NCBI RefSeq assembly: GCF_018350175.1
Contig: NC_058369.1
Location: forward strand, 9,860,001-9,924,000
From: Felis catus
Lineage: Eukaryota
Direction: 5' to 3'
Length of the DNA: 64,000 bases
The stretch's first letter is position 1. The number at the start of each line of letters is the position of its first letter. Below the pieces are notes generated by a model. The model did not search any database. It was not told the origin of the DNA and saw nothing but the letters and a program-made list of their open reading frames with translations. Shown here piece by piece: positions 1-12,600 of the stretch. A program made the translations under genes and the position numbers.

Positions 1-260
1 GCAAGAGGGGCTCTGAGACTGAAGAGATGTGAGGCTGGGAGGGTGGCATGGGTCCGTCGTGGAGAGTGAGGCTCAAATGAGGCCCAGCTGAGCCATCTTC
101 CCTAGCTATTCCCACCTTCCGGAGCTCAGACCCCTCTTGACCGTCATAGTTGGGGGGGGGGGCCTATGTGTCTGGGCGAGAATTTGGGGGTGCTACTCTG
201 CTTTAAGTGAGGGGACTGGGGGCGATGGTGCCTTAAGAGCCAGGGCCACCCCTTCCCCAG

Positions 261-3200
261 ATCAGTGGGCAGCTCTCCCCTCGCCTCTTCCGGAAGCTGC
301 CGCCCAGGGTCTGCGTCTCCCTCAAGAACATTGTGGACGAGGACTTTCTCTACGCAGGGTGAGGCTGCGTGAGGCTGGGCCGAGCAGGGGGGTGGCTGGG
401 TGGGGTGGGAGGCTGGCCCTGACCTGGCCATTCTGCCCCCACCCCCACAGACACATCTTCCTGGGCTTTTCCAAGTGCGGCCGTTACGTTCTTTCCTACA
501 CCAGCAGCAGCGGGGATGACGACTTCTCCTTCTACATCTACCATCTGTACTGGTGGGAGTTCAACGTCCACAGCAAGCTCAAACTGGTAGGGCTGGGCCC
601 GGTGCTGGGCTGTCCCTTCCAGCAGCAGGACCCGCAGATCACAGCACCCCTGAGCCCCAGTTTCCTTGTTTGTAAAGCAGAGAAATTGTACTCCTAAGGT
701 CGTTGTCAGGACTTACCACGTGTGAGGTCAAGCCACACGAAATTGCCATTTTTATAGTTGAAAGCGGGTAGACAGCAGCACCCTCGTGAGGTTCGGCTCA
801 ACATCTAGCCTGCGGAACACGGCGGGCTCAGGCCAGGGGGGAGCCGTTAGCTTTGCTACCCCATTCGCTTAACCCTGACTTTGACTCCTGGAACCCCCCC
901 ATTCCAGCAGGTGAGTGCTGTCAGACCAGCTGACACGTGAGCCTAGGGAGGTGGACAGGTTTCAGGGTGGAGCCGGCTTGGAACCGATGTGTCTAGCAGG
1001 GTCCCCTTTTGTGAGGCAGGGCTTCTATCAGCTTCCTCCCTGCTGGGCCAGGGCCCTGCTTCCCGTGCCAGGCCGCCTCCCTGCTTCCCCTAGTTGTGAG
1101 GGTAGCTTCCCCTGCCCGTCCTCAGGAAGGCAGAGGCTACGGTACAGGGGCTGCTTAGACTCCCTGGCTGGAGTCACACACACTCCCACCCCCACCCCCA
1201 CCCCCACCCCCACCCCCAGAAAGGGCGCTCCTGCCAGCTCAGCCCCAGCTCGGATTCCAGGCCAGCATCGTGCAGCCTCGGGCCCCCTCTCCCCCCACCC
1301 TACCTGCTCTGGCTCCATACCGACCCCGACCATGCTGCTCAGGTCCGGCAGGTGCGGCTCTTCCAGGATGAGGAGATCTACAGCGACCTGTACCTGACCG
1401 TGTGCGAGTGGCCCAGCGATGCCTCCAAGGTCATCGTCTTCGGCTTCAAGTAAGACCCGGGGACAGGGAAGGCCCGGCGAGGGTGGTGCGTGGGCCAGGC
1501 CGCTGAAGGTGTGCCGGCCCCCAGCACCCGCTCGGCCAATGGGATGCTCATGAACATGATGATGATGAGTGACGAGAACCACCGAGACATCTACATCAGC
1601 ACCGTGGCGGTGCCGTCGCCGGGCCGCTGCGCCGCCTGCCGGGAAGCCAGCCGGGCCCACCCGGGTGAGCGGGCCGGGGGCCTCGGGGTGCGGGCTGCTC
1701 CCCCCCCCCCCCCCCGCCCCGCCCCGCCCCGCCCCGCGGCCGGGAGTGAGCCTGGGTGGCTTGTGTTGCTGCAGGCGACCCCAGCGCGCAGTGCCTGCGG
1801 CACGGCTTCATGCTGCACACCAAGTACCAGGTGGTCTACCCCTTCCCCACCTTCCAGCCCGCCTTCCAGCTCAAGAAGGACCAGGTGGTGCTGCTCAACA
1901 CCAGCTACTCTCTGGTGGCCTGTGCGGTCTCGGTCCACTCGGCAGGTAGGCCCCCGGGCCCAACGATGGGCCGAGCACGGGCTGTAAGCCTCAGAGCCCG
2001 TGACCTGCCGACTCCGCCCAGCGGCCCTCCGAGGGTGGTCCTGTCACTGCCCCCCACGGCAGATGAGGAGGCCGGGGTACGCAGAGGTGGAGTCCCTTGT
2101 CCAGGGCCACACGGCTGGACAGCAGGAGTACGGGATCCGAAGCTAGCCATGCTCCACCCCGGCACCGTCCACTAGAACTTTCCGTAGGGGTATGATGGTC
2201 TATATCTGCCGTGTCCGCTCCAGCCGCCACCGGTAGCCACTTGGAAGCGGCTGAGTGACCCAAGAACTGACTTTTAAATTTTATTTAATTTTAGTTGAGC
2301 TCAAGTAGCCCCATGTGGCCACAGCCACCATGCTGGACAGTGCAGTGCCCTTTTCGAGCAGAAACGGTCACTTAAAATTTCAGTTGGTAGACAGAAGGCC
2401 ATCTTATGTCTTCGGGAATAGGAAAAACGCCAGTGAAAGTCACAAGGTGATGTCCCTTGTAGCTAATGTTAAGAGTAGCTAATGTTAAGCTGGTTGATGT
2501 TACCACTGGCGGCGATGGGGGACCCTGGGGCCTCACCTGCACCCTCAGGGCCACAGGGCAACAATGTGACCGCAGCCCGGCCTGAGCCCGGGCACGTCCA
2601 AGGCTTTGGTGGTAGGGGCTACCTGGCGTCCATCCCTGGGGATCGGGGAGGTAGGACAAGGCAGTGATTCCCTTGGATCGGCAGTCCACTGAGCGTGCCA
2701 GCACGCGTGTCTGTGGAGCATGCCTTGAAGACACATCCAAACGCAAAAGAAACCAAGGAGATCTGTCACCAGTCAACGGCACCACTTACGTCCCGATTTC
2801 GTAAGAATGGAGTCAATAAGAAGACACCCACTAAGTACATTAAAACGGTTGTCCCCGGGAGAGGGAGTGGAGTGGATATAAAAAAAAGGATTAAATGTAT
2901 ACAAGTAAGCCACAAAGCAGCAAGGGCCAGGATGTCCTGTCCCCAGGCCCATGCAGGGGCCTCCTTCCCTGGCTGCTTGTGCCACTGTGGGCAGGGCCCT
3001 CTCCAGAACCCAGGCCTGGTTGAGGCCGATACCTGCCCCCGGTACTTGTGGCTATGGGTCCCTGTAGGAAAGGTCACGTGGGACAGGATTCAGCTTTGTG
3101 CACACTGGGGTGAGGGGGACATCGTCACCCGTGTCTAACACCTCGCCATAGGACAGTGTTTACACAAAGGGGGAGTTTTGACTTGGCCGTCGTCCACTCT

Positions 3201-5922
3201 GGTGGACAGGAGTGCCTTGGTTTGCATTGTCATGCAGCGTGCCCTTGGACAAGTTTCCCTCTGAGCCTCGTTCCCCAGTCTCTGAACTGGGAGGACACAG
3301 CCCCCGCCCTCTCAGTGTTGATTGTGGGGGGGGGGGGTCCTTTGGAGGTGGTGCAGGCAGGGCCCAGGGCTCAGCTACAGTGCTCCTCCCTGAACACACT
3401 GGGGTTGTCCGTGGCGAGCCCACATTCCTGATGGTGCCCATAGATGGGCACTGTGTGCCCAAGTCAGTCAGGCTCCCGTTGGGGAGGATGGAGGGCTATG
3501 GAGTAAGTTTTCAGACTTTGGTGATTTTTAGCTTTTGTCACTGTAAACCGTGAACTCCCCAAGGGCAGGGATTTTTGTGTCTCGTTCCCTCGCGTCCTCA
3601 GTGTGGCATCTGGTAGATGCTCAGAAATAAAGCTTGAAGGTATTGTTTATGCACGTGTTTGCACGCGCACATAAGGCCTTTTCCCCTTCCGAGTGTTTTC
3701 AGCTGATCTTTCAGCATAGGGAAGTCTTCTAGAAGGGTGTCCCCCAGGTGGATTTCTAAGAACCACCCGCCCCACCCCCCCACCGCCCTGCCCCCGGGCA
3801 ATGAGGGAGGTCTGCAGTGCCCTAGATTTGAACTTGTTTATTGACATTCCCCCCCCACCCCTTCACTGTTTTCGTTTCAGGCGAGAACAACTTCTGCCAA
3901 ATCCTGTATGACCACACCACCTCCCCTCCGGCCCCTCCCAGCCCCCCTGGGCCTCAGAGCCCTGAGGTGCCCCCCACCCTCCCCAGTCCCTGTCCCGAAA
4001 CAGCCCCCGCCCGTGTCCCTGGGGCCCCTGAGCCCTCGCCCGCCATCGCCAAAGCCAAGGAGTTTGTGGCCGACATCTTCCGCAGGGCCAGAGAGGCCAA
4101 GGGCGGGACCTCGGAGGAAGCCCGGCTGCCCCCCTGCCCGGGGCCCTCGGGCAGTCGCTGCCGCCCTCCCTCAGAGCCCCTGGCCCCATGTGGGGAGGTG
4201 GTACCCCGAGACAGCCCCCCTGCGGCGGAGGCACCAGCCCCTGAGCCCGGCTACGTCAACTACACCAAGCTGTATTACGTGCTGGGGTCCAGCGAAGGGA
4301 CCGAAGCGGAGGATGGTGAGCTGGGAACCCACCCGGGGGGCAGGGCCCCAGGCATAGGAGGCCAGCCAGGCCTCCCACCACCCCTACCCCCACTTCCTGC
4401 CCCCTCAGAGTTCGAGGATGACAAGATCTCCTTGCCCTTTGTGGTGACTGATCTCCGTGGCCGCAATCTGCGGCCCATGAGGGAGCGGGCTGCCGTCCAG
4501 GTTGGTGCCAGGGGGGGGCAGGCCTAGGGGCAGCCCCTGGGGAGCCTGCTGGGGTGACAGCTGATGCAGTCTTGCCCTCTGCCCGCTGCCCACAGGGTCA
4601 GTACCTGACGGTGGAGCAGCTCACGCTGGACTTCGAATACGTCATCAATGAGGTCATCCGCCACGATGCCACCTGGGCCCACCAGTTTTGTTCCTTCAGT
4701 GACTATGACATTGTCATCCTCGAGGTGGGCCCAGGGAGGGAATGGGGTGGGGAGGGGTGCCCAGGGCCTCCCTGTTCTGGGCATCACCCTCAATAACTGT
4801 CACTGTCCCACTGCCTGCCCCGCGCCCCTGCCCCCCAGGTCTGCCCGGAAACCAATCAAGTCCTCATCAACATCGGCCTGCTGCTCCTGGCGTTCCCGTC
4901 CCCCACTGAGGAGGGCCAGCTCCGGTGAGTGAGTGAGTGGGACGCCCCTCTCCCCCGCCCAGCAGCGGGCCACGTTCGGATACTTCAGGGGAGTGGGCGA
5001 GTGGGGATGTGAGAAGACTTCCCCTGCCCCCCAAACTCCATTACTGTTCCAAAGACAGAAGCCCCCCAGGGTTGCCTGGGTCCCAGCTGAGGGACCCGTT
5101 GGTCCCGTGCCTTTCTCCTTTCCTCCTCATCCGCTGCAGACCAAAGACCTATCACACCAGCCTCAAAGTGGCATGGGACCTCAACACAGGCATCTTCGTG
5201 ACAGTCAGTGTAGGCGACCTGACCGAGGTCAAGGGGCAGACCAGGTGAGGTGGGACTGGGGCCAGGGCCGGGGCGGGGGGGGGGGGGTGCCTGGGACGGG
5301 GGTGGGCGGCCTGGGTGATGAGAGCCCTCACCCCCTTGCCCTCAGCGGCAGTGTCTGGAGCTCATACCGCAAGAGCTGCGTGGACATGGTCATGAAGTGG
5401 CTGGTGCCTGAGAGCAGCGGCCGCTACGTCAATAGGATGACCAACGAGGCGCTGCACAAAGGTGGGCCCCGCGACCCGATGGCGGTCGGGACTGAGGTCC
5501 TTACCCTGGTGCCATGCCAGGCCTGGAGCGGGTGCTGATTCCTAAGTGTTCCTGAGTGGAGGAGTCCGCTGGCTGTGCCACTGAACACGGTGGAATGGGG
5601 GTGAGGGGAGGAGGGCAGGCCCGGCGAGGCGAGGGGCCGGCTTGGAGAGGACCCGGCAGGCGTGGCGCCTGGGGAACCGCGGCCAGTCCTTCATTCAGCA
5701 GAGCTTTGCTGGGTGGCTGCAGGCCTGCAGCCTGCAGTGTAACTCAGCGGGCTCACTGCCTTCTGGAACCTTGTGTGGCCCAAATTAAGTCGGGGAGAGA
5801 GGCAGACCCCTCCCACAGCCTGGGCCCGCAGAGACTCCACGGCTCCCTTCTGCCCCTTCCCTGCAGGGTGCTCGCTGAAGGTTCTGGCAGACAGTGAGAG
5901 GTACACGTGGATCGTGCTGTGA
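261..5922 (+). CDS. DCAF15: DDB1- and CUL4-associated factor 15, 5'-partial (exons 2-13)
   Basis: Spliced frame with GT-AG boundaries: 261-358, 451-586, 1343-1449, 1525-1664, 1775-1945, 3881-4315, 4409-4500, 4596-4724, 4839-4924, 5140-5244, 5346-5461, 5867-5922 (TGA). Peptides [49 protein letters not shown], the CAAC..QCLRHG zinc site, [16 protein letters not shown] and the C-terminus [18 protein letters not shown] match DCAF15. Confidence 0.96.
1188..1218. repeat. (ACCCCC)n simple repeat
   Basis: About five tandem ACCCCC units in a DCAF15 intron. Confidence 0.8.
2162..2345 (+). mobile_element. MER3-like hAT DNA transposon remnant
   Basis: gtccactagaactttc...gaactgacttttaaattttatttaattttag...catgtggcc...tggacagtgcag resembles the MER3 consensus. 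Confidence 0.6.
3520..3640 (+). mobile_element. L2 LINE 3' fragment
   Basis: ctgtaaaccgtgaactccccaagggcagggattttt...tggtagatgctcagaaata resembles an L2 3' end. Confidence 0.45.
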
Positions 5923-6372
5923 GGGCCCGGCCGCTCTGGACACTGACTCCAACTACCTCCGCGGCCTGGGAGCTGGCCGCCTTCCTGGCAGCCTCTCCCC
6001 GGCTGGCCGGCCGACCGGTGACCGACTGACGACCGGCACTAGTGTTAGGCTGCGGGGAAGGGGGCTGGGTGGGGCAGCCCCTGGTGGCCTGAGAGTCTGG
6101 ACGCTTCTTATTTATGCCTATTTAAGTTGGGAAGGGGCAGAGGGAGGGAGCCCCCTGCCCCACCAGCCTCAAGCGCCCACCTTCACCCCGCGCTGGGCAC
6201 AGGCCCTTGCTCTTTGCGCGTCTGCCCCTTTCCTTGGCTACAGGTGTGGACGTTGCCCCCCGGGGAGGCCGAATGGACCCCTTTCCCCTGCCCTGCCCGT
6301 CCCAGCCTCCCCCACCTGAGGTGGCAGACCTCGTGGCCATCCCCTCCCCCTGCCCGTCATTCCTCTTCATGT

Positions 6373-6378
6373 AATAAA
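6373..6378 (+). terminator. DCAF15: DCAF15 polyadenylation signal AATAAA
   Basis: First AATAAA after the stop codon, about 450 nt downstream. Confidence 0.75.
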
Positions 6379-6488
6379 TGTTTTATTTCTGAGCCTCACT
6401 GAATTCCCTTTACTGCCGCTCAGGGCCCAGTTGGAGCCCCCAGCCCCGAGGCCCCTCGAGTCAGCAGTAGCCAAATATCACAGCGGAA

Positions 6489-6494
6489 TTTATT
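6489..6494 (-). terminator. RFX1: RFX1 polyadenylation signal AATAAA (minus strand)
   Basis: TTTATT on the + strand, about 1.25 kb beyond the RFX1 stop and just short of the DCAF15 3' end. Confidence 0.65.
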
Positions 6495-7743
6495 GTGTTT
6501 TAAGAAAGACTACAAAAAGGTAGAAAACAGCTCGGCACACTAGACTACCACACGCGTGGACACTTTCACGGCCAGGAGAGGGGAGGCCCCGAGGGCGGGG
6601 TGGGGGTGGGGGGGACGGGGTGGGGGTGGGCCACCCCAAAAGCTGTAGCACGCGGAGCACACAAAATAGTGATTTTTATACAATAGGTTCAGGTTCTTTT
6701 TTTTCCTTTTTTTTTTTTTTTTTCTTTTTTTGCTTTTTGCTTTTTGCCATAAACATCTATCTCACAGGTTGAAGACACCGAGAAAACCGGAACAGATAAG
6801 GCCATGATGGTTGGAAAAAAACCAACAAGTTACCAACTCCGCTCAGGCGGCTCACAAAAATCGCACAATAGTCGTGTGGGGGGCGGGGCGCACTGCACGG
6901 AGGAGAAGCACAGTCTCCTGGGAGAGGAGGAGCGCAGAGGTTCCATTACAAACCAGAGGCGGGCGGCCTGGGACACTGGGGTCTTGGATCTGAGGGAGTG
7001 GAGCCCCCAGCCTGGGCCGGGACGGGCGCGGGCACTTCTGGACCCCACTGCCGGCAGCAGGCCCCTCGGGGCTCCCACGCCCAGCCCTGCCTGCTGCTCT
7101 TTGGAAGCTGGAGGCGGCATCCCCCGGCCACCCTAACCCCCGACCGGGCCAGGCAGTGCCCCCCTCTAGGGCTGCGGGGCAAGGGAGGCCCCAGCTCTGG
7201 AGAAGATGCGACACCCACGGCTTTAATTGCACTTATACCAAGGAGTGGGGAGCGGTGGGGTTGCTGGGGGAGGGGTCCCGGCGCTGCTGCTGACAGTGGG
7301 GGTCCCCAGGTGACGCCCACCTGTGCCCACCTGGGGCTCAGGGTTGGGCCCAGGACAGACTGTGCAAAGCCAGCGAGCTGAATAAGTTAACGGTTCCACA
7401 GGGGAGGGGGGCCTGCCTGCCTGCCCCCTGGGATGGGAGAGGGAGATGCTGAGGCCTTGGAGGCCAAGGAGCCAAGCTGGCTGTCCCACGGGGCACCTGG
7501 GCACGGAGGCGGGTTCCTTAAGGCACGTCTTTTGTGTCAGTTTGCAGCTGCGGCTCCGCCCCGGCCCTGTGATTGGTGCCGGCCCCACTGGGGGCGGGGA
7601 CCCCCTAGCCTTCCCTGTCTTGGAGGCCCCCATCCCGGCCCTGGCCGAGGCTGGAACGGTGACAGCGAAGCCACAGAAGCTGTGAAGGACCCTGGCGTGG
7701 ATGGGCGGGGGCGGGCGGGGCGGGGCGGGGGGAGGCCGCGGGC

Positions 7744-9540
7744 TTAGCTGGAGGGCAGCGCCTGCACGAAGAGGCCCCGTGTGTCTGTCCTTGCCAACTT
7801 GGCCGGCGGCTCGAGGGCGTCCGGGCCCAGCGCGGGTGACTCTCCGCCGGCCGCCAGTGAGATGTCCTGTGGCAGCTCGTCCTCGCTCTCCTCCTCCTCT
7901 TCCTCCTCCTCGTCTGGGGCACACAGAGCAGGCCCGGCTCAGCGTGTGGCGGCCGCACCCCCAGAGCACCGTGGGCACCTCCTCCGCCCCAATCCCCCTG
8001 GGTCGCCGCCCCTTGGACTCAGGCCCTGGGTAGGGACGCGCCCCGCCTACCTTTGTCCGGGTCAAGGGGGTTCAGCGAGGTGGTCAGGTTGGCGAACTGC
8101 AAGGAGGCAAGACAAGGGGTGAGGGTCCCGCCAAGGCGGGGGGGGGGGGGGGGCCGCCCGCGCCCTGGGCGCCCCGCCGCGCGCACCTCGCCCATGACGG
8201 CGATGGGGGTCTCGCCCTTGGCCTGGGCCACGCGGTGCTCGATCAGGTAGTACATGTACTCGTCGTAGAGCAGCCGGATGAGGTGGAAGGACCCAAAGCT
8301 GGCAGCGCTGCGCAGGGTCAGGTCCCGGATCACCATGGAGCTGTAGGCGGCGGCGGGAGAGGAGACCGTCAGGCCCGGCCCCGCCTCTCGCCCCCGTACA
8401 GTACCGCAAAGACCCCAAGCGCCGGGAAGCCCGGCGACCCGGGCCCGGCCTCGCGCTGGCTCCCCAAGGGCTTCCGTCAGTGACAGCAAACGGCCATCAC
8501 CCAGCCCACCGCCAACAGGGCGCCTCCGCCTTCGTAAAAGGGCACCTGAGCCCCAGGGAAGGCGGGGGCGGGGAGGGGGGCGAGGTCTTCTCCCGTCCCA
8601 AATTCCCCGAGGAGGCGGGGCCTCCTGTGATCCCATTCTGACCCGCCCCCGGAGGGGAGGAGCCGTCCCTAAGCCCCCGCCCTCAGGTCAGGGTCCTCCC
8701 GCCCTCAGATCAGGCTCTTCCCGCCCCGCCCCTTCCCGCCCGGACGGCGCAGGGCCTGAGCGCACCTGTAGAAGGACCACTTAAGGAGGAAGAGCTTGGC
8801 GGCCTTGGGGAAGCCGGCGCTGCCCTGGTAGGGCTTAAGCACCTGGCTCACGACGCCGTCCAGCCAGGCCGCCCACTGCTCCAGCGAGTTCTGCTGCTGC
8901 AGGGTCACCTTGAAGTCCTGCTCCAGACGCTGCACCACGCGGTCCTCGCAGCGGCATACCCACGAGGCCTGCTCCTGCAATAATAGAGCGGGCACGTGCC
9001 CGCGGCTCAGCCACCGCCCCGGGGCCGCCCCGCGCTCACCGGCTCCGCCGCGCGCTCACCTGCACGTTGGCGAAGTCCACGCGGTTGAGGTCGCTCAGCA
9101 TCTGGTTGATCTGCGCGGTGTTCTGCAGCACTGCCCGCGCCGCCTGCGCCAAGTGGTTGAGCGACGTGTAGCGTCGCAGCGTCTGCGCGAAGGCACCGGC
9201 CGCCGCCACCTGCGGGGCGGGGGGAGGGGGGGAGGCTTGTGGCTTGTGTGGAACCCACCTCCACCCCCGCCATCCCCTGCCCCACACACTGCAACTTCTC
9301 TGATCCTTTCTTTCTCCTAAAAGGGAGGGATGTATCTTGTCGTTTTTGTTGGGAAATCAAGGGGTTTGGGATTTTCAAACTTTGGGTGGACACCCAAAGT
9401 ATGGGACAAAAAAATATATATATATATCAATGCAATGTGTCTGACCAGATTATTTTTCTTTTAAATTTTATTTGAGCGAGAGAGAAAAACTGCACACGAG
9501 CAGGGGAGAGAGGGGAGAGGAACAGAGGGAGGGAGGGAGG

Positions 9541-9601
<61 letters not shown>

Positions 9602-12600
9602 TCCAAGCAGGTGCCACGCTCAGCCCACAGCCAGACACGGGGCTCAATCCCACAACCCTGGGATCGTGACCTGAGCCAAAATCAAGAGTCAGAAGCTCAA
9701 CCGACTGAGCCACCCAGGTGCCCCGTGTTATTATTTTTAATTAAAGGACACAATACAATCTCGGAGGCACTGCCTAGAAAGGCCATTGCTTGGATTGTTA
9801 TTCCTCTGAGTGTCAGGGAGGGTGGGGTTTTGTTCATCATCATTGCTGTGCTCCCAGCATTGAGAGCCATGCTGGCACACAGCAGGTGCTCAATAAATGC
9901 ATGCTGAAGAAATGAATGAATACGTGAGTCTTGCCAGTTCTGAAGGGCTTCCCCCTGGATCCAGCTTCTACTCTTTCCACCCCTCCCCCCCCCCCCCCCC
10001 CCCCCCAGTGTGCAGTGCACTCAGGGGTGATGCTTCAGATGTCCGGTCCTGTATGACTGTCTTGTTACCATTTTAACGACAACAAAACAACCCTTTTCTT
10101 CCTTTTACTTTTTTTGGTCAAGAGCAAGCACGTCGCATCTAATCCCTCACATGTAGGCAGTGAATGTGCAGCATTGATGCAGAGGGCCATTATTCTGTTA
10201 CCTTATAGATGGTGCTCCCCCCCCCCCCCATTGAAACCGTCTGAAGAGAACTACTTCAAGCTGCATTTGGTTTTTATTTTTTTAAGATGTCGGACCGTGT
10301 ACAAAAATACCACCAAGGGGTTGTGTTTCAGAAGTGGGCACCTGAGGAAGCCGCTTTGTAAAGACAACACCCAAAGCTCACTCTGAGGGAACAGGAACTG
10401 CCTCTCTAACAGGCAGGGGAGACCAAGGCCCCCAGCCCACAGTTCCATGGCCAGGAGGGAGGAGCTGGGCTGTGCACCCAGGCTGGCCGCTCGGCCCGCC
10501 CTCACCTTCACACGCAGCATCTCCTCTGGGATGTTCACCATGGCGTGGGTGAGCCAGCTCTCCAGGCTCTTGGCAAAGTTCCGGATCGCTTGGGTCAAGG
10601 CACCTGTGGGTGGCAGCGGGGGCGTATCAGGACCGCAGGGGGGAGGGGGGAGGCGGGAGGGCGGGGGGTGGGGGTTGCGGCAGCGGCGCACTCACTGGGG
10701 ATGGGCCGCAGCACGTCAGGGATGAGGATCTCCACCAGGCCCTGGTACAGCACGTTGTCACAGTGCTTGGTCCACTGCAGCACTGGCTCAAACTTGGAGA
10801 GGAGCACCAGGCTGGCCTTGGGCAGCCGCTTCTCAGCCTCGTCGTGCCTGTGGACACCCACCCCGCCCCTGAGGTCACACGGGCACAGGTACCCACCCGC
10901 TGCGGGGAGGAGACGGCCCAGCGAGGCGTGCTATCCCCCCGCGCCATCAGACCGACACACAGACACGCTCCGGGGTGGGGGTCACAAGGCCACGTACACC
11001 CCCAGACTGCAGGGGTTTGGGCAGATGCCCCCCTTCTACATGATGGCCGAGGTCTGGCTGCCCCGGCCCCGGGTGCTGCTGACTCACACAGTGCCCCACT
11101 TCCTTCCCTCCTCCTCACTCCCACTGAGGGACTCACACGGCCAGCGGAGGCGCCTCGTTGGGCTGGCTGAGGTTGTACCTCCAGAAGGTTTTCCACAGCG
11201 TCTCCACCAGGGTGAACTGCAGGTTCACCATGACGTCGACAATGGCCTGTTGGGGAGGCTGGATGCTCAGGGACGGGGCGGGGGTGGGGCAGCATGGCCT
11301 TCCCTCACCCCTGCCCACCCAGCCGGCTGCCCTACCTCACAGTGTTCCCGGTACAGGACCTGGAAGGCCTTGATGTCCCCAGGCCCGACGCCCTCGGGGA
11401 GCACTTTGCCCTGGAGGTCAAGCTCCGAGAAGTCAGGGAGACTCCTCGAGGCATCTGGAGGCGGGAGGAGACACCATGAGGCCTTTATCCTCTACCTGCG
11501 CGCACCACCCCCCAGGCCTCTCCCCGGGATCGTATCAGGTTGTCATCACCCTCCTCCCCAGCAGGGCCCCCCGCCCCCCACCCCGCAGGCAGTGGGGGAC
11601 GGTGAGGCTCTGCGGCGGGGGCGGGGGGACAAGGGAACCATGTGCATGCTCCCCGGAGGCCTCGGACCTGCCCCAGAGCCCGCCCCGCGGGCCAGGACAC
11701 TCTCACCCAGAAACTGCTGATACTGCTGCACCTGCGCGCTGATGTCCGACAGCCCCGCGGCCTGCTGCGGCCCCACGGCCACGCCGTTCGTCATGCCCTC
11801 CATCTTCTGGAGGGGCTTGAGCCTACAGAGGGGGCGGTTGGGGCCCTGAGACAGGCCCGCAAGCCCTGCCCCCCCACCCCCCGCCCGCGCGGGGCCGCCC
11901 CTTCCCGCTACCTCTGCTTCTGTGAGAAGGGCTGGCCCCGCATGGCCATGTGCTGCTGGTCCTCCATCAGTCGCAGCAGGGGCGAGCTGGCCTTGATCCG
12001 CAGGCCGTAGTAGTGGTATTTGGAGTTGCCCCTGGGGGGGGGAGGCAGAGGGTGAGAGCCAGGCTGCGCCCGGGGTGGGGGGCTCCGGTTGTTCGCCGGG
12101 CCCTTCCCGTCCCCCCTGCCTCCTCTCTGCTTGGGGGACGAACAGCCCGGGGGCGAGACCCGTGTGCCGCAGAGCCGAGCGGGCGCCGCGCTGGGGAAGG
12201 ACAGGGGCTGTGGGTGCCAGGCGAGGTCCCCACGTGCCAACGGCCTTCTGGGAAGGCGGGGCCGGCATCGGAGGGCACGCCTGGGCCCCTGACGCTGGCA
12301 CGGGCCGGGAGCTCAGCACGGACTCGTAGACTAGTAGTTACAAGGACACCGCGGGCCCTGGCCTGAGCGCTCCGCACGCACAAAGGCCCGTGTTCCTCAG
12401 CCCTCTCCCCTGAAGGGTGCTCCTGGCACCCTCCACAGACAGGTGAAGAAGAAACCGTGGCACAGAGAGACGGTCAGGCACGTGCAAGCGAATGAGGCAA
12501 CGCCTAAGCTGGGAACTGGACCGGAGAGATGAGCAGGGCTCACCCCAGGGAGGCGTGGGCGTTGCAAAGGAGAAGGGAAGAGTGGGTTCGTGGGATGGCT

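Noticed and set aside
6696..6745. T-rich run as a terminator or retro-insertion tail
   Set aside because: It is an A-rich stretch inside the RFX1 3' UTR with no element body; it mainly matters as an oligo-dT internal-priming artefact.
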